The position numbers were made by a program, and so were the translations under genes. The notes under the pieces are model-generated. The model was not told the DNA's origin and did no database searches. It was given only the letters and a program-made list of their open reading frames with translations. Positions 37,538-48,116 of a stretch of 64,000 nucleotides of DNA are shown one piece after another (the first letter of the stretch is position 1; every line of letters begins with the position of its first letter). Source of the stretch: Faecousia sp. (GTDB lineage: Bacteria > Bacillota > Clostridia > Oscillospirales > Oscillospiraceae); NCBI GenBank assembly GCA_045540035.1, contig JAZQGL010000003.1, positions 492 through 64,491 of the forward strand, in the 5' to 3' direction.

Positions 37538-38479
37538 ATGTATCCTGCCACCGTAAGCATTTATGTAACCACTTTTAATCACGAAAAATATATTGTCCGG
37601 GCGCTGGACAGCATCCGGATGCAAAAGACCCAGTATTCCTACGAGGTGTTTGTGGGCGAGGATTGTTCTACCGACAACACCCGTCAGGTGCTGCAGGCCT
37701 GGGAAAAAGACAACCCCGACCCCCGGTTTCATATTTTCTATCGGGAAACCAATATGTATCACAGTTCGCCCACCAACGGCGAAGATCTGAAAAACCGTTG
37801 CAAAGGCAAATATATCATTTGCCTGGAAGGTGACGATTTCTGGACCGATGAGAACAAACTGCAGACCCAGATCTCCTTTTTGGAGGCGCATCCGGAATAC
37901 TACGCTGTGGCGCATAACTGCACCGTTGTCGGTGAGGATTCCACCCCCAACGGGGAGACCTACCCCGAATGCAAAGACGAGGAATATACGCTGCGGCATT
38001 TCGCCAGCGATATTCTGCCCGGTCAGTACACCACCTTCCTTGCAAGGAATTATATGACCGACCCGGATCTGGATAAATCGCTGCTGTTGGTTCCCCGGGG
38101 AGCCGGCGACCGCCGTGTCTATTTCTCCATTCTCTGCCACGGGCGGGTCCACTGCATTCAGAAACCTATGTCCGCCTACCGCCACATCACATCCGGCGGA
38201 TCTTCCTTCAGCGCCACCCACAAGTATTCCTACGATGATCAGGAAGCCGATCAGCGCAAGTTTTTGGAATACGCCTATCGGCTGGGACACCCGGAAGGTA
38301 TCCGGGTCGCCGAACATCTGTACCTGCGCAATATCCGTTTTGCCCGGCGTAAAGGATTTATCAGCAAAGAACGGGCGAAAAAGGATATGGGCAACATCCG
38401 TAATCTGCTGCAGGCAAAATATCTGCTTTTGAAGCGGGATATCAATCACCGGATCTTCCATAAGAAACTGCATCTGTAA
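37538..38479 (+). CDS. GT2 glycosyltransferase
   Basis: TFNHEKYI, EDCSTDNT, CLEGDDFW, KLQTQ, MSAYR. Confidence 0.85.
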   Translation: MYPATVSIYVTTFNHEKYIVRALDSIRMQKTQYSYEVFVGEDCSTDNTRQVLQAWEKDNPDPRFHIFYRETNMYHSSPTNGEDLKNRCKGKYIICLEGDDFWTDENKLQTQISFLEAHPEYYAVAHNCTVVGEDSTPNGETYPECKDEEYTLRHFASDILPGQYTTFLARNYMTDPDLDKSLLLVPRGAGDRRVYFSILCHGRVHCIQKPMSAYRHITSGGSSFSATHKYSYDDQEADQRKFLEYAYRLGHPEGIRVAEHLYLRNIRFARRKGFISKERAKKDMGNIRNLLQAKYLLLKRDINHRIFHKKLHL

Positions 38480-38552
38480 CAGATTGTCGAAACACAGTCT
38501 GTATCTCTAAACAAGACTTTACAGCGATCTTACTGAAAAGGAGATTTTATTT

Positions 38553-39653
38553 ATGTCTATCAATGTAACGCGGTCCTCAATGCCTGATTTTGAGGAATAC
38601 TGTGCCGAGATCAAGGAGTTGTGGGAAAGCCGCTGGCTGACCAATATGGGTGTCAAGCACAGACAACTCCAGGCAGAACTGGAAAAATATCTGGAAACGC
38701 CCCACGTGGCGCTGTACACCAACGGTCATCTGGCGCTGGAGAATATGATCGCTGCGCTGGATCTGCCCAAGGGCGGCGAAGTGATCACCACGCCCTTCAC
38801 CTTCGTCTCCACCACCCACGCCATTGTCCGTAACGGTCTGGTGCCCGTATTCTGCGATGTCAACGACAAAGATTACACTATGGATGTGACCAAGATCGAG
38901 GGGCTGATTACCGACAAGACCGTGGCCATCGTTCCGGTTCACGTCTACGGCAATCTGTGCGATGTGGAGACCATTGAAAAAATTGCCAACAAGAACAACC
39001 TGAAGGTAGTTTACGATGCCGCCCACGCCTTTGGCGTTACTTACAAGGGCGTCAACTGCGCCAATTTCGGCGATGCCTCTATGTTCAGTTTCCACGCCAC
39101 CAAGGTGTTCAATACCATTGAAGGCGGCGCAATGTGCTTCAAAGAGGACCGTTTTGTTCAACAGCTGAACGATCTGAAGAATTTCGGCATCCGCGGTCCG
39201 GAAAGCATCGCTTACATAGGCGGCAACGCCAAGATGAGCGAGTTTCAGGCTGCAATGGGTATTTGCAACCTGCGTCATCTGTCCGGCGAGATCGCCAAGC
39301 GTAAGACCGCTGTGGAGCGCTACCGCCAGCGTCTGTCCGGCGTAGAGGGCATTATCCTCTGTCAGAAGCAGCCGGGTGTAGTCTCCAACTATGCCTATTT
39401 CCCCGTGGTATTCGACGGCTACAAGGCGACCCGCGATGAGATCTTCCTGAAACTGCAGGAACAGGGCATCACCGCCCGTAAGTATTTCTTCCCGCTGACC
39501 AACGATATCGAGTGCTACCGGGATTATCCCACCGCCGGCGCGGAAAAGACCCCCGTGGCAAAACACATTGCCGACCGGGTGCTGACGCTGCCGCTGTTTG
39601 CCGATCTGACGATAGAAGATGTGGATCGGATCTGCGACATCATTCTCGGTTAA
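38553..39653 (+). CDS. DegT/DnrJ-family sugar aminotransferase (VioA-like)
   Basis: TPFTFVST, PVHVYGN, YDAAHAFG, SFHATKVFNTIEGG. Confidence 0.9.
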   Translation: MSINVTRSSMPDFEEYCAEIKELWESRWLTNMGVKHRQLQAELEKYLETPHVALYTNGHLALENMIAALDLPKGGEVITTPFTFVSTTHAIVRNGLVPVFCDVNDKDYTMDVTKIEGLITDKTVAIVPVHVYGNLCDVETIEKIANKNNLKVVYDAAHAFGVTYKGVNCANFGDASMFSFHATKVFNTIEGGAMCFKEDRFVQQLNDLKNFGIRGPESIAYIGGNAKMSEFQAAMGICNLRHLSGEIAKRKTAVERYRQRLSGVEGIILCQKQPGVVSNYAYFPVVFDGYKATRDEIFLKLQEQGITARKYFFPLTNDIECYRDYPTAGAEKTPVAKHIADRVLTLPLFADLTIEDVDRICDIILG

Positions 39654-39659
39654 TGCCTT

Positions 39660-40358
39660 ATGATCGATATTCACTGTCACATCCTGCCGGGTGTAGATGA
39701 CGGCAGCGCCAATGTGGAGATGTCCGCAAAATTGCTGGAAATGCTCCGCAGCCAAGGGGTGGATACCCTGGTGGCAACGCCCCACTTCTATGCAACGGAA
39801 GATACCCCGGAGCAGTTTTTGCAGCGGCGCGCAGACGGCTTTGCCGCTTTACAGCAAGCAGGTATCGATACAAGCCACATCCTGCCCGGCGCAGAGGTTG
39901 CCTACTATGACGGTATGCACAAAAGTCAGGCGCTGGAGCAGATGCAACTGGGTAATTCCCGCCTGCTGCTGGTGGAAATGCCTTTCCGCAACTGGTCTGA
40001 CCGGATGATCGATGTGCTGTGCCGCATTCCCGACCAGTTGGGTCTGCGCCCGGTGCTGGCGCACATTGAGCGGTATCCCGGCAGACAGCAACTTTCCAAA
40101 TACAAGGATGTTCTGCTGGATAACGGCGTTTATTTTCAATGTAACGCCACCGCATTTTTGCAGGGCTTTCAAAGCCGCCGGTATTTCCGGATGCTGCAGG
40201 ACGGCCAGATCCATTTCTTAGGCACGGATTGCCATAATCTGACCACCCGGGCGCCCCAAATGGATCAGGCGGCAGCAGTGATCGCAAAAAAAATCGGCTC
40301 CGGTATGGTGCCGGAACTGAACGCCTACGCAAGAGAACTTCTTTTTTTGGAAAAGTAA
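39660..40358 (+). CDS. CpsB/CapC PHP-family tyrosine phosphatase
   Basis: MIDIHCHILPGVDDG, ATPH, AHIERY, GTDCH. Confidence 0.9.
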   Translation: MIDIHCHILPGVDDGSANVEMSAKLLEMLRSQGVDTLVATPHFYATEDTPEQFLQRRADGFAALQQAGIDTSHILPGAEVAYYDGMHKSQALEQMQLGNSRLLLVEMPFRNWSDRMIDVLCRIPDQLGLRPVLAHIERYPGRQQLSKYKDVLLDNGVYFQCNATAFLQGFQSRRYFRMLQDGQIHFLGTDCHNLTTRAPQMDQAAAVIAKKIGSGMVPELNAYARELLFLEK

Positions 40359-40391
40359 ATTCCCGTTTATCGATCCGCTGGCTCGATAAAT

Positions 40392-40506
40392 AATTATGAA
40401 TTAAGAATTATGAATTAAAAATTATTGTGTGACCTTCGGTCACTAATTTAAATTATTTTCGGAGAAAATACCACAATTCTTAACTCTTAATTATTAATTC
40501 TTAATT
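40392..40506. repeat. Complete heptamer-armed double-hairpin element (AATTAWG arms)
   Basis: (aattatg/aattaag)x5, gtgaccttcggtcac, tattttcggagaaaata, ccac, (cttaatt-like)x4. Confidence 0.8.
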
Positions 40507-40534
40507 TGTTCGACAGAGTGATAAGTTGGAATAC

Positions 40535-40571
40535 AAAACGCCTGCGATTGGTTTTCAATCGCAGGCGTTTT
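40535..40571. terminator. Bidirectional terminator between the polysaccharide locus and rnfB
   Basis: aaaacgcctgcgattg-gtttt-caatcgcaggcgtttt. Confidence 0.8.
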
Positions 40572-40574
40572 TGT

Positions 40575-41423
40575 TTACTGTGTAACTTTCTCCGTAGCCG
40601 GTTCTGCCAGACTGACGATCAGATGCTTGGGACACACGCTGGCGCATACGCCGCAACTGTTGCATTTGACCGTGTCGATGACCGCCAGGTTGTCGACGAT
40701 GGTGATGGCCTGCTCCGGGCAGACCTTGGCACAAATGCCGCAGCCGATACAGCCCTGGGTACAGCCACGAACCGTCACCGCGCCCTTGGCGTGGGAGTGG
40801 CAGGGAATGGTGACTAAGTCCTCATACTCCATAGGGAAGATGGTGTGCCGGGGGCAAGCCTTGACGCAGGCCATACAGCCTACACACCGCTCCTTGTCCA
40901 CCTTGGCAACGCCGTCTACAATGGAGATGGCATCGTACTTACAGACTTTAACGCAACTGCCAAAGCCCAGACAGCCGTACTTACAACTCAGCGGACCGCT
41001 GCCGGCGACTTTGGAGGCAGACAGACAATCCTGAAAGCCTTCGTACTGACCTTTCATTTTTGAGCCTTGCTGTTTGCCCTCTTCGTCCACATACCGGTAA
41101 CCGGCACAGCGGACAAATGCCACCATCCGTTTCACATCGGTGACTTCCACGCCCATAATGGCTGCCATAGCCTGGGCGCACTCATTACCGCCGGAGGCGC
41201 AAGCGCCGATGGGGGCTTCCCCATTCAATACCGCCTCAGCATAACCGCCGCAGCCGGCATAGCCACAGCCGCCGCAGTTGGCGCCGGGCAAGCATTCATT
41301 TAAGGCATCCAGCCGGGGGTCGGTCTGTACATAGAACACCTTGGAGGCAGCAGCCAGTACCAGGCCGAAGATCAGACCCAGACCGCCCAAAATACCGACA
41401 GCAATCAATACTTCGATCATCAC
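40575..41423 (-). CDS. rnfB: Rnf complex subunit B
   Basis: N-terminal TM, LPGANCGGCGYAGC, several CxxCxxC ferredoxin motifs. Confidence 0.93.
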   Translation of the reverse strand: MMIEVLIAVGILGGLGLIFGLVLAAASKVFYVQTDPRLDALNECLPGANCGGCGYAGCGGYAEAVLNGEAPIGACASGGNECAQAMAAIMGVEVTDVKRMVAFVRCAGYRYVDEEGKQQGSKMKGQYEGFQDCLSASKVAGSGPLSCKYGCLGFGSCVKVCKYDAISIVDGVAKVDKERCVGCMACVKACPRHTIFPMEYEDLVTIPCHSHAKGAVTVRGCTQGCIGCGICAKVCPEQAITIVDNLAVIDTVKCNSCGVCASVCPKHLIVSLAEPATEKVTQ

Positions 41424-41432
41424 GCCACCTCC

Positions 41433-42026
41433 TTAAAATACTTTCAGGCCGGAAAAGCCCATAAATGCCAAAGCGATCAGACCCGCCGCGATCAGCGCGA
41501 TGGGATAACCTTTGAAACAATCGGGGCAATCTGCCTTGTCCACGCGTTCACGGACCGAGGCAAACAACACAATGGCCAAGGTAAAGCCCAGACCGCCGCA
41601 AGCGCCGTTGACCACGCTCAGCAGAAAATCGTAACCGTTCTGCGCATTGACCAGGGCAACGCCCAGCACAGCGCAGTTGGTGGTGATCAAAGGCAGGAAG
41701 ATACCCAGCGCCTTATACAGCGCAGGCACACTCTTTTTTAGGAACATCTCCACCACCTGAACGATGGACGCGATGACCAGGATAAATGCCACGGTCTGCA
41801 TATAGGCAAGACCCAAAGGCTGCAGGATAAAGGCGTCCACAGCCCAGCAGGCGGCAGAGGCCAGCGCCATAACAAAAGTCACCGCCATACCCATACCCAG
41901 CGCGGTATCGATCTTCTTGGAAACGCCCATAAAGGGGCAAATGCCGTAGAATTTTACAAGGATAAAGTTCTCCGTCAGAATTGCGGAGATCAGGATGCCC
42001 AGAAGTGTTTGTACATAACTGCTCAT
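41433..42026 (-). CDS. rnfA: Rnf complex subunit A
   Basis: [23 protein letters not shown]. Confidence 0.95.
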   Translation of the reverse strand: MSSYVQTLLGILISAILTENFILVKFYGICPFMGVSKKIDTALGMGMAVTFVMALASAACWAVDAFILQPLGLAYMQTVAFILVIASIVQVVEMFLKKSVPALYKALGIFLPLITTNCAVLGVALVNAQNGYDFLLSVVNGACGGLGFTLAIVLFASVRERVDKADCPDCFKGYPIALIAAGLIALAFMGFSGLKVF

Positions 42027-42667
42027 TTCTTCACGGCCTCCTTTTTGGATTTGTTACGCATCCGGCGCATCAGCCACTGAGAACCGGCAATGACAAGCCC
42101 CAGTGTCAAAAAGCCGCCTACGGGCATCGCCATCTGCATAGCGGGATAACCCTCCGGGATCAGGCGAATGCCCTCACCGCCGTTCAGAAGTCCGCCGCCG
42201 AATGTGCCGGCGCCCAGAAGTTCACGAATGACACACATGATCACCAGCGCCACGGTGTAGCCGATGCCCTGAAACAGTCCGTCAAGGGCAGATGCCGCTA
42301 CGCCGTTTTTGGAGGCGAATGCCTCGGCTCTGCCGAGAATCATACAGTTGACAACGATCAGCGGGATAAACACGCCCAGGTTTTCTGCCAGGTCCGGCAA
42401 AAACGCCTGCAGCGCCAGATCCACAATGGTGACAAATCCCGCGATAATGACGATGTAAGCCGCTATACGGATCTGAGAGGGGATTACCTTCCGCAGGGCG
42501 GAGATCAGCACATTGGAGCAGATCAGAATAATGGTAACGCTCAATCCCATACCCAGACCGTTAAATAAACTGGTGGTGATAGCCAATGTGGAACACATAC
42601 CCAACAGTTGCACCAGCACCGGGTTTTTTGTCAGCAGGCCCTCTGTAAATTGCTTTTTAACGTTCAT
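42023..42667 (-). CDS. rnfE: Rnf complex subunit E
   Basis: [31 protein letters not shown]. Confidence 0.95.
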   Translation of the reverse strand: MNVKKQFTEGLLTKNPVLVQLLGMCSTLAITTSLFNGLGMGLSVTIILICSNVLISALRKVIPSQIRIAAYIVIIAGFVTIVDLALQAFLPDLAENLGVFIPLIVVNCMILGRAEAFASKNGVAASALDGLFQGIGYTVALVIMCVIRELLGAGTFGGGLLNGGEGIRLIPEGYPAMQMAMPVGGFLTLGLVIAGSQWLMRRMRNKSKKEAVKK

Positions 42668-42678
42668 AGCCTACCTCC

Positions 42679-43230
42679 TTAACCCAGTTTGGTAACGCAG
42701 GAAAGCGCTGCGTTGACACCGGCGGTTACTGCCCGGGATGTGATGGTCGCGCCGGTGATGGCGTCGATGGTGCCGCCGTCATTTGTCACCGAAAGGCTGC
42801 CTTCCTGACCGGAATACTGTCCCCGGAAGGTTTCTCCGGCAGAGGTCTTGGCAGCGGCAACCGCGCCCAGACCTGCGGTTTCCGTATGGGAGATGATGGA
42901 GATATCCAGCACCTGACCTTCCCTGGAAACGCCCACCATCATTTTAATAGCGCCGTTAAATCCGGCAGGACTCACCTCCACGGCATAGCCGGTATCAGAG
43001 GCGTAAACTGCGGTGACCACACCGCCTTCGTCAGGGAATTCTTCCAGTTTTTCACCGCCGCCGGGCAAAACCGCCTCGATGGCGTCCTGGGTCTTTTGGG
43101 CATTGATCGCCGCGATTTTCGGCGCGGTGATCGTATTGACACCTGCCAAAGCAGCGGCAGTAATGCCGGTGATCAGCAGCAGGGTCAGTGACAGTTTCAG
43201 TACATAGGCGAAGGTGGATTGCTGTTTCAT
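42679..43230 (-). CDS. rnfG: Rnf complex subunit G
   Basis: HTETAGLG; DAITGATITS FMN-attachment motif. Confidence 0.92.
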   Translation of the reverse strand: MKQQSTFAYVLKLSLTLLLITGITAAALAGVNTITAPKIAAINAQKTQDAIEAVLPGGGEKLEEFPDEGGVVTAVYASDTGYAVEVSPAGFNGAIKMMVGVSREGQVLDISIISHTETAGLGAVAAAKTSAGETFRGQYSGQEGSLSVTNDGGTIDAITGATITSRAVTAGVNAALSCVTKLG

Positions 43231-44225
43231 TTTGCCGCCACCTCCTTTTTGAGGCTGCCAAACTTCTTGGGTCTGCCGATACGGTCCAGCAGCACCACGC
43301 AGCAGTTCATCACCAAAATGGCGTAACTGACGCCCTCGTTATAGCCGCCGAAGTAGCGGATCAGCACTGTCAGCAGACCGCAGCCGATACCGAAAACGAT
43401 CTGACCCAAGTGGGTAACGGGACTGGTAACATAGTCGGTAGCCATAAAGATGGCGCCCAGCATCAGACCGCCGCCAAAAAGTTGGCTTGCCATCCAGGTG
43501 ACCCGGTCCTGACCCATAGGAAACAGGAAGGTCAGCACCGCCACGGTGGCGATATAGGAAAGGGGGATCCGCAGAGTAATGACCCGGCGGCACAGTAAGT
43601 AAATAAGACCAACAAGAAGCAGCAGCGCAGAAGTTTCACCGATGCAGCCGCCCACATTGCCCATAAACAGATCCAGCACAGACGCCTGGGGCAACTGACC
43701 CTGATGCATCGCCGCCAGAGGGGTGGCAGCGGTCACTGCGTCGGCGGTGGAGAGAATGCCGGCGGCATTTTCAAAGCCCACTTTTACCCAGTTGGTCATC
43801 AGTACCGGCCAACTGAACATAAAGGCTCTTGCAGCCAGCGCAGGATTGACGATGTTCTTGCCGATGCCGCCGAACAGTTGCTTGACCACGATAATGGCAA
43901 AGAAATCGCCGATAATGATGCACCAGTAAGGAATGGTCACCGGGCAGACGAACGCGATCAGAATGCCGGTAACGATGGCAGAAAGATCGTACAGTTTATT
44001 CTTTTTCTTTCGAATGGCGCACCAGCCCCACTCGAAAAACACGCAGGCAGCCACGCTGATCAGGGTGACCATCAGCGCCCGGAAACCGAAGAAATACACG
44101 CTGCCGGCAAGGGCAGGCATCAGCGCAATGATCACATCGCGCATAATGGTCCGGGTAGAAGCGGGGGCGTGGATATGGGGCGAACTGGAAATGGTCAGTT
44201 CGTAGAAATAACGCATTTGTGCCAA
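43227..44225 (-). CDS. rnfD: Rnf complex subunit D
   Basis: SSSPHI, KQLFGGIGKN, TAATPL, GCIGETS, FMATDYVTSP. Confidence 0.95.
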   Translation of the reverse strand: MAQMRYFYELTISSSPHIHAPASTRTIMRDVIIALMPALAGSVYFFGFRALMVTLISVAACVFFEWGWCAIRKKKNKLYDLSAIVTGILIAFVCPVTIPYWCIIIGDFFAIIVVKQLFGGIGKNIVNPALAARAFMFSWPVLMTNWVKVGFENAAGILSTADAVTAATPLAAMHQGQLPQASVLDLFMGNVGGCIGETSALLLLVGLIYLLCRRVITLRIPLSYIATVAVLTFLFPMGQDRVTWMASQLFGGGLMLGAIFMATDYVTSPVTHLGQIVFGIGCGLLTVLIRYFGGYNEGVSYAILVMNCCVVLLDRIGRPKKFGSLKKEVAAK

Positions 44226-44238
44226 TTTTCCCGCCTCC

Positions 44239-45564
44239 TTACTTTTTGGCAGCCGCAGCAGCGGCTTCCCGGATCATATGTTTACCGGCTTTGAATCCCA
44301 GCACCAACGGCACACCTGCTGGGCAGATAAACGCGCAGCAGCCGCACTCGATGCAGTCCATCATATTCACAGCCATCATTTCCGCCGGATCGCCGGCAGC
44401 CATAGATTTGAACATCAGCACCGGCATCAGTTTCATAGGGCAGGCATCGATACACTTGCCGCAGCGAATGCAGGCAGCCTGATCCACATTGAAACGGTTC
44501 TTCTCACCCAAAGTGGTGATGGCGTTGGTGCCTTTGATCACCGTTACCGCCAGATCATACTGGGCAGCGCCCATCATCGGGCCGCCGGACAGCACTTTAT
44601 AGGGATTTTCGCTGGTGCCGCAGGCATCGATCAATGTATTGAAATCTACGCCCAGAGGGACCATCAGGTTTTTCGGCTCCATAATAATGTCACCGGACAC
44701 CGTAACAATACGCTTGATCAGGGGCATACCCAGATACACCGCATCGTGGATCGCCTTGCAGGTTGCCGCATTGAACACCGCGCAGCCCACCGCTGCCGGC
44801 AGACCGCCGGAGGGAACTTCCCTGCCGGTGACGGCTTTGATCAGTTGCTTTTCTGCGCCCTGGGGATACTTGGCAGGCAGCACATCCACCTGGACACCGT
44901 CGCCCTCGGTCAGCGCATCCCGCAGCGCCTTGGCTGCCTGGGGCTTATTGCTCTCAATGGCAATGTGGGAAGTGGGCAGACCCAGCACCTTCATTACGAT
45001 CTTCAATCCGGAGATCACCTCGGCGGGGTACTCCCGGCAAAGCCGGTCGTCTGCCACGATGTAAGGCTCACACTCGGACACATTGACGATGATGGTATCC
45101 ACCTTACCCAGACCGGAACTGAGTTTTACGTGGGTGGGGAAGGCCGCGCCGCCCATACCCACAATGCCGGCCTCCCGGATAATATCCATCAGTTCCTGGG
45201 CCGTCAGTTTTTCTGCCTGCTCCGGTGTGCGGGGCTGGATATCAGGACAGAGGGTATACCGGTGATCATTTTCGATGACCACGCTCATCACCTTGCTGCC
45301 GTTGGTGTGGGCCCGCAGCTCCACAGCCTTGACCGTACCGGAAACACTGGCGTGGACCGGCACGCACAGGCCCTGATTGTCACCGATCTTCTGACCCATA
45401 GTGACCGTATCGCCCTTTTTTACCAAGGGCTGACAGGGCGCGCCGATGTGCTGCTGCATAGGCAGTACCACCAGATCCGTCGCAGGAAATTCCTGCACCG
45501 CCGCGTTTTCCGCATAAAATTTATTCTCTTTGGGGTGAATACCGCCAAAAAACGATAACGCCAT
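44239..45564 (-). CDS. rnfC: Rnf complex subunit C
   Basis: GGIHP, QHIGAP, GIVGMGGAAFPTHVK, ECEPY, CIRCGKC, CIECGCC. Confidence 0.95.
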   Translation of the reverse strand: MALSFFGGIHPKENKFYAENAAVQEFPATDLVVLPMQQHIGAPCQPLVKKGDTVTMGQKIGDNQGLCVPVHASVSGTVKAVELRAHTNGSKVMSVVIENDHRYTLCPDIQPRTPEQAEKLTAQELMDIIREAGIVGMGGAAFPTHVKLSSGLGKVDTIIVNVSECEPYIVADDRLCREYPAEVISGLKIVMKVLGLPTSHIAIESNKPQAAKALRDALTEGDGVQVDVLPAKYPQGAEKQLIKAVTGREVPSGGLPAAVGCAVFNAATCKAIHDAVYLGMPLIKRIVTVSGDIIMEPKNLMVPLGVDFNTLIDACGTSENPYKVLSGGPMMGAAQYDLAVTVIKGTNAITTLGEKNRFNVDQAACIRCGKCIDACPMKLMPVLMFKSMAAGDPAEMMAVNMMDCIECGCCAFICPAGVPLVLGFKAGKHMIREAAAAAAKK

Positions 45565-45772
45565 AACTTTCACCTCGCAATAGTAAACAGTGGGGAAGCC
45601 ATAGTGACAGCCCCACTGTTTATATCATACTATATTTGCAACATTTTGTCTATAAAATCGGCTCTTTTTCTCAAAAAGTACTTTAATACCGATATATTTA
45701 TACAGAATATGCCCAAGGCGCGTCCCGCCCTGCCAAATAAACAAATTTTCCTTTTCCCATGCAAACGCACGC

Positions 45773-45868
45773 AATGGACAATTGTGGTATTTTCTTTCAG
45801 AAAATCATTTGAATAAGTGCGCTTTGCGCACACCGCAACTGTGCACTGTGCACTGTGACCTGTGCACT
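45773..45868. repeat. Heptamer-armed double-hairpin element with mismatched arms
   Basis: aatggac aattgtggt, attttctttcagaaaat, gtgcgctttgcgcac, accgc aact, (gtgcact-like)x4. Confidence 0.7.
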
Positions 45869-46078
45869 TTTATCGATTCAATAGATCCAACAAACAGGAA
45901 ATCAATCCTTCCGCAAAAAAGCGGTGATGTTTTTGCCGATGGGGCAGTTTTCCGCGTAGGGGCAGGCAGCATAGTCGCAATCGGCAAAGAGAAGTTCTTT
46001 CCCCTCTGCCTCCACCGCCACGGTGCGGCTGCTGTCCATACACCGGCAATAGCCGCTGAAAAAAGTCTCTCTTTCCAT

Positions 46079-47920
46079 TTATGCGTCCTCCACGATGCAC
46101 CAGCCCATATGGCTCAAACTGACCCATTCCGGCGCCACATTGCGCAAGTTGTGACCCAGCAGCAACCGCCCGCCGGGAACTTCCCAGGGCTGCTCATTTT
46201 GGTTTACATAAATTCTGATAGTTTTGCCTTCCCAAGTCCGCTTGAAGCCAAGGTGACCGTCTCCGGCGCTGATAAATTCCAGGTCGCCCAGCCGCAGGGC
46301 ATCGCTTTCTTTTCGCAGACCGCCCAGCGCCCGGAAGTGGGCAAGCAGCGCCTTATCCTCTTTTCCCCAGGGGTAAGTGCGGCGGTTGAAGGGATCTTTT
46401 CCGCCCTCCATACCTGCCTCGTCGCCGTAGTAAATACTGGGACAGCCGGGTAGAGCAAATTGCAGCACCGTTGCCAGACGCAGCCGTTCCTTTGCCAGAC
46501 GCAACTGCTCTGGGCTCAAACTGCGTTTTGCCTGGACAGCCCGGTCATCGCTGGGATCTTCCACCAGTTTGGTAAGGATCCGGGCGGTATCGTGGGTGCC
46601 CAGCATATTCATATTGCAATCTACCACCTGACGGGGGTAGTTTTCCAGAATGGACAGCACCGTGCTGCGGAAATTCCTGCCGTCGTCATAGCCCCGCAGG
46701 AATGCGATGATGGCTTTTTGATAGGGATAGTTCATTACGCTGTCCAAAGTGCCGTCCACAAAGTACCGGCGGCGGACACCGTAAGCCAGTTTGTTGGAAG
46801 CATCTTCCCACACCTCGCCCATCAAAAGGGCATCCGGGCGGAGTTCGCGCAGATGCTTTTTCATAATGTCCACAAATTCGTTGGGCAGTTCGTCCACCAC
46901 ATCCAGCCGGAAGCCGTCTGCGCCCAAATTCAGCCAGTGGGCGATGACGCTGTCGCGCCCGGTGATCACATATTCCACAAAGGCCGGATCCATTTTGTTG
47001 ACGGTGGGCAGGGTATCAAAATCCCACCAACTGACATACTTGTCCGGGTATTGCTGAAATTGATACCAACTGTAATACGGCGAATTTTGGGTATTATATG
47101 CGCCGCCTTCCCCGAAACTGCCCTTTTTGTTAAAGTAAAGGCTGTCGGAGCCGGTGTGGGAGTACACGCCGTCCAAGATCACTTTGATGCCGTAACGGTG
47201 GGCAGCATCGCACATCGCCTGAAAATCTTCCTCTGTACCCAGCATCGGATCCGGGGTCTTGTAGTCGCCGGTATCGTAGCGGTGGGAGGAAAAACTCTTG
47301 CTGATGGGATTTAAATACAGTATGGTCACGCCCAAAGAGGCGATATATTCCATTTTCTCGGCAATGCCCCGGAAATTGCCGCCGAAGAAGTCGTTGTTCA
47401 GCACTTCTCCTTTCTCCGTGGGCTGCCAGACGATCTCCTCATCCCAGTTTTCGTGGACCTCGTAAGGCGTTAACTTGCCGGTCAGGTCACAGTCACCGGA
47501 CTTATGAAACCGGTCCGGGAAGATCTGATAGATCACCGCGCCCTTTGCCCAGTCCGGAGTAACAAAATCCCCAGGATAGCAGGTCAACTGCCACAGATCG
47601 CCGGCCTCCATATTGGTGTCATTTCCCTGCTTGAACAGCCGGAATGTACCGGTGGCGCCGGTGATGCGGAAATAGTAAAAGTAAAGCCCCGGCGTCAATG
47701 TAAAATCGCCGCCGAACACCTGATATGCGCCCCGCTGCTCCAGCGCTGTCAAAGGCACTTCCCTGCAAAGGCTGCCGTCTTCGTGCTGCAGTACACAGAA
47801 AACCGTTGTTGCGCCTACAGATTCCGGAATGTGAATACGCAGGCAGCATTTTTCCCCCTGGGCGATACAGCCGAAGGGGGTTTTATATAAGGGATTTTGA
47901 GAATCGAAAAGAATACGCAT
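46079..47920 (-). CDS. GH13 alpha-amylase/neopullulanase-like enzyme
   Basis: YQIFPDRF, YLNPI, HRYDT, DGVYSH, GFRLDV, GEVWED, THDT, YYGDE; start at MRILFD. Confidence 0.9.
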   Translation of the reverse strand: MRILFDSQNPLYKTPFGCIAQGEKCCLRIHIPESVGATTVFCVLQHEDGSLCREVPLTALEQRGAYQVFGGDFTLTPGLYFYYFRITGATGTFRLFKQGNDTNMEAGDLWQLTCYPGDFVTPDWAKGAVIYQIFPDRFHKSGDCDLTGKLTPYEVHENWDEEIVWQPTEKGEVLNNDFFGGNFRGIAEKMEYIASLGVTILYLNPISKSFSSHRYDTGDYKTPDPMLGTEEDFQAMCDAAHRYGIKVILDGVYSHTGSDSLYFNKKGSFGEGGAYNTQNSPYYSWYQFQQYPDKYVSWWDFDTLPTVNKMDPAFVEYVITGRDSVIAHWLNLGADGFRLDVVDELPNEFVDIMKKHLRELRPDALLMGEVWEDASNKLAYGVRRRYFVDGTLDSVMNYPYQKAIIAFLRGYDDGRNFRSTVLSILENYPRQVVDCNMNMLGTHDTARILTKLVEDPSDDRAVQAKRSLSPEQLRLAKERLRLATVLQFALPGCPSIYYGDEAGMEGGKDPFNRRTYPWGKEDKALLAHFRALGGLRKESDALRLGDLEFISAGDGHLGFKRTWEGKTIRIYVNQNEQPWEVPGGRLLLGHNLRNVAPEWVSLSHMGWCIVEDA

Positions 47921-47961
47921 AGATGTGCTCCCGATATTAAAAATAAAATGCGTGGGTGTAT

Positions 47962-48077
47962 AGTGCACAGTGCAGAGTGCACAATGCATAGTTGTGGTAT
48001 CCGCTACGCGGATATATTTGAATTTGTCGGCAAAGCCGACACCTTAACTGTGAACTGTGCACTGTGAACTTTGCACT
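47962..48077. repeat. Complete heptamer-armed double-hairpin element (AGTGCAC arms)
   Basis: (agtgcac-like)x4, agttgtggt, atccgctacgcggat, tgtcggcaaagccgaca, aact, (gtgcact/gtgaact)x4. Confidence 0.8.
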
Positions 48078-48116
48078 GAAAAATGTTGCCGGGGCGGGTG
48101 CCGCCCCGGAAAATTT

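Noticed and set aside
47921-47989. ORF-track N-terminal extension MHCALCTVH of the GH13 gene
   Set aside because: It reads through the heptamer repeat arm; the likely start is ATG 47920.
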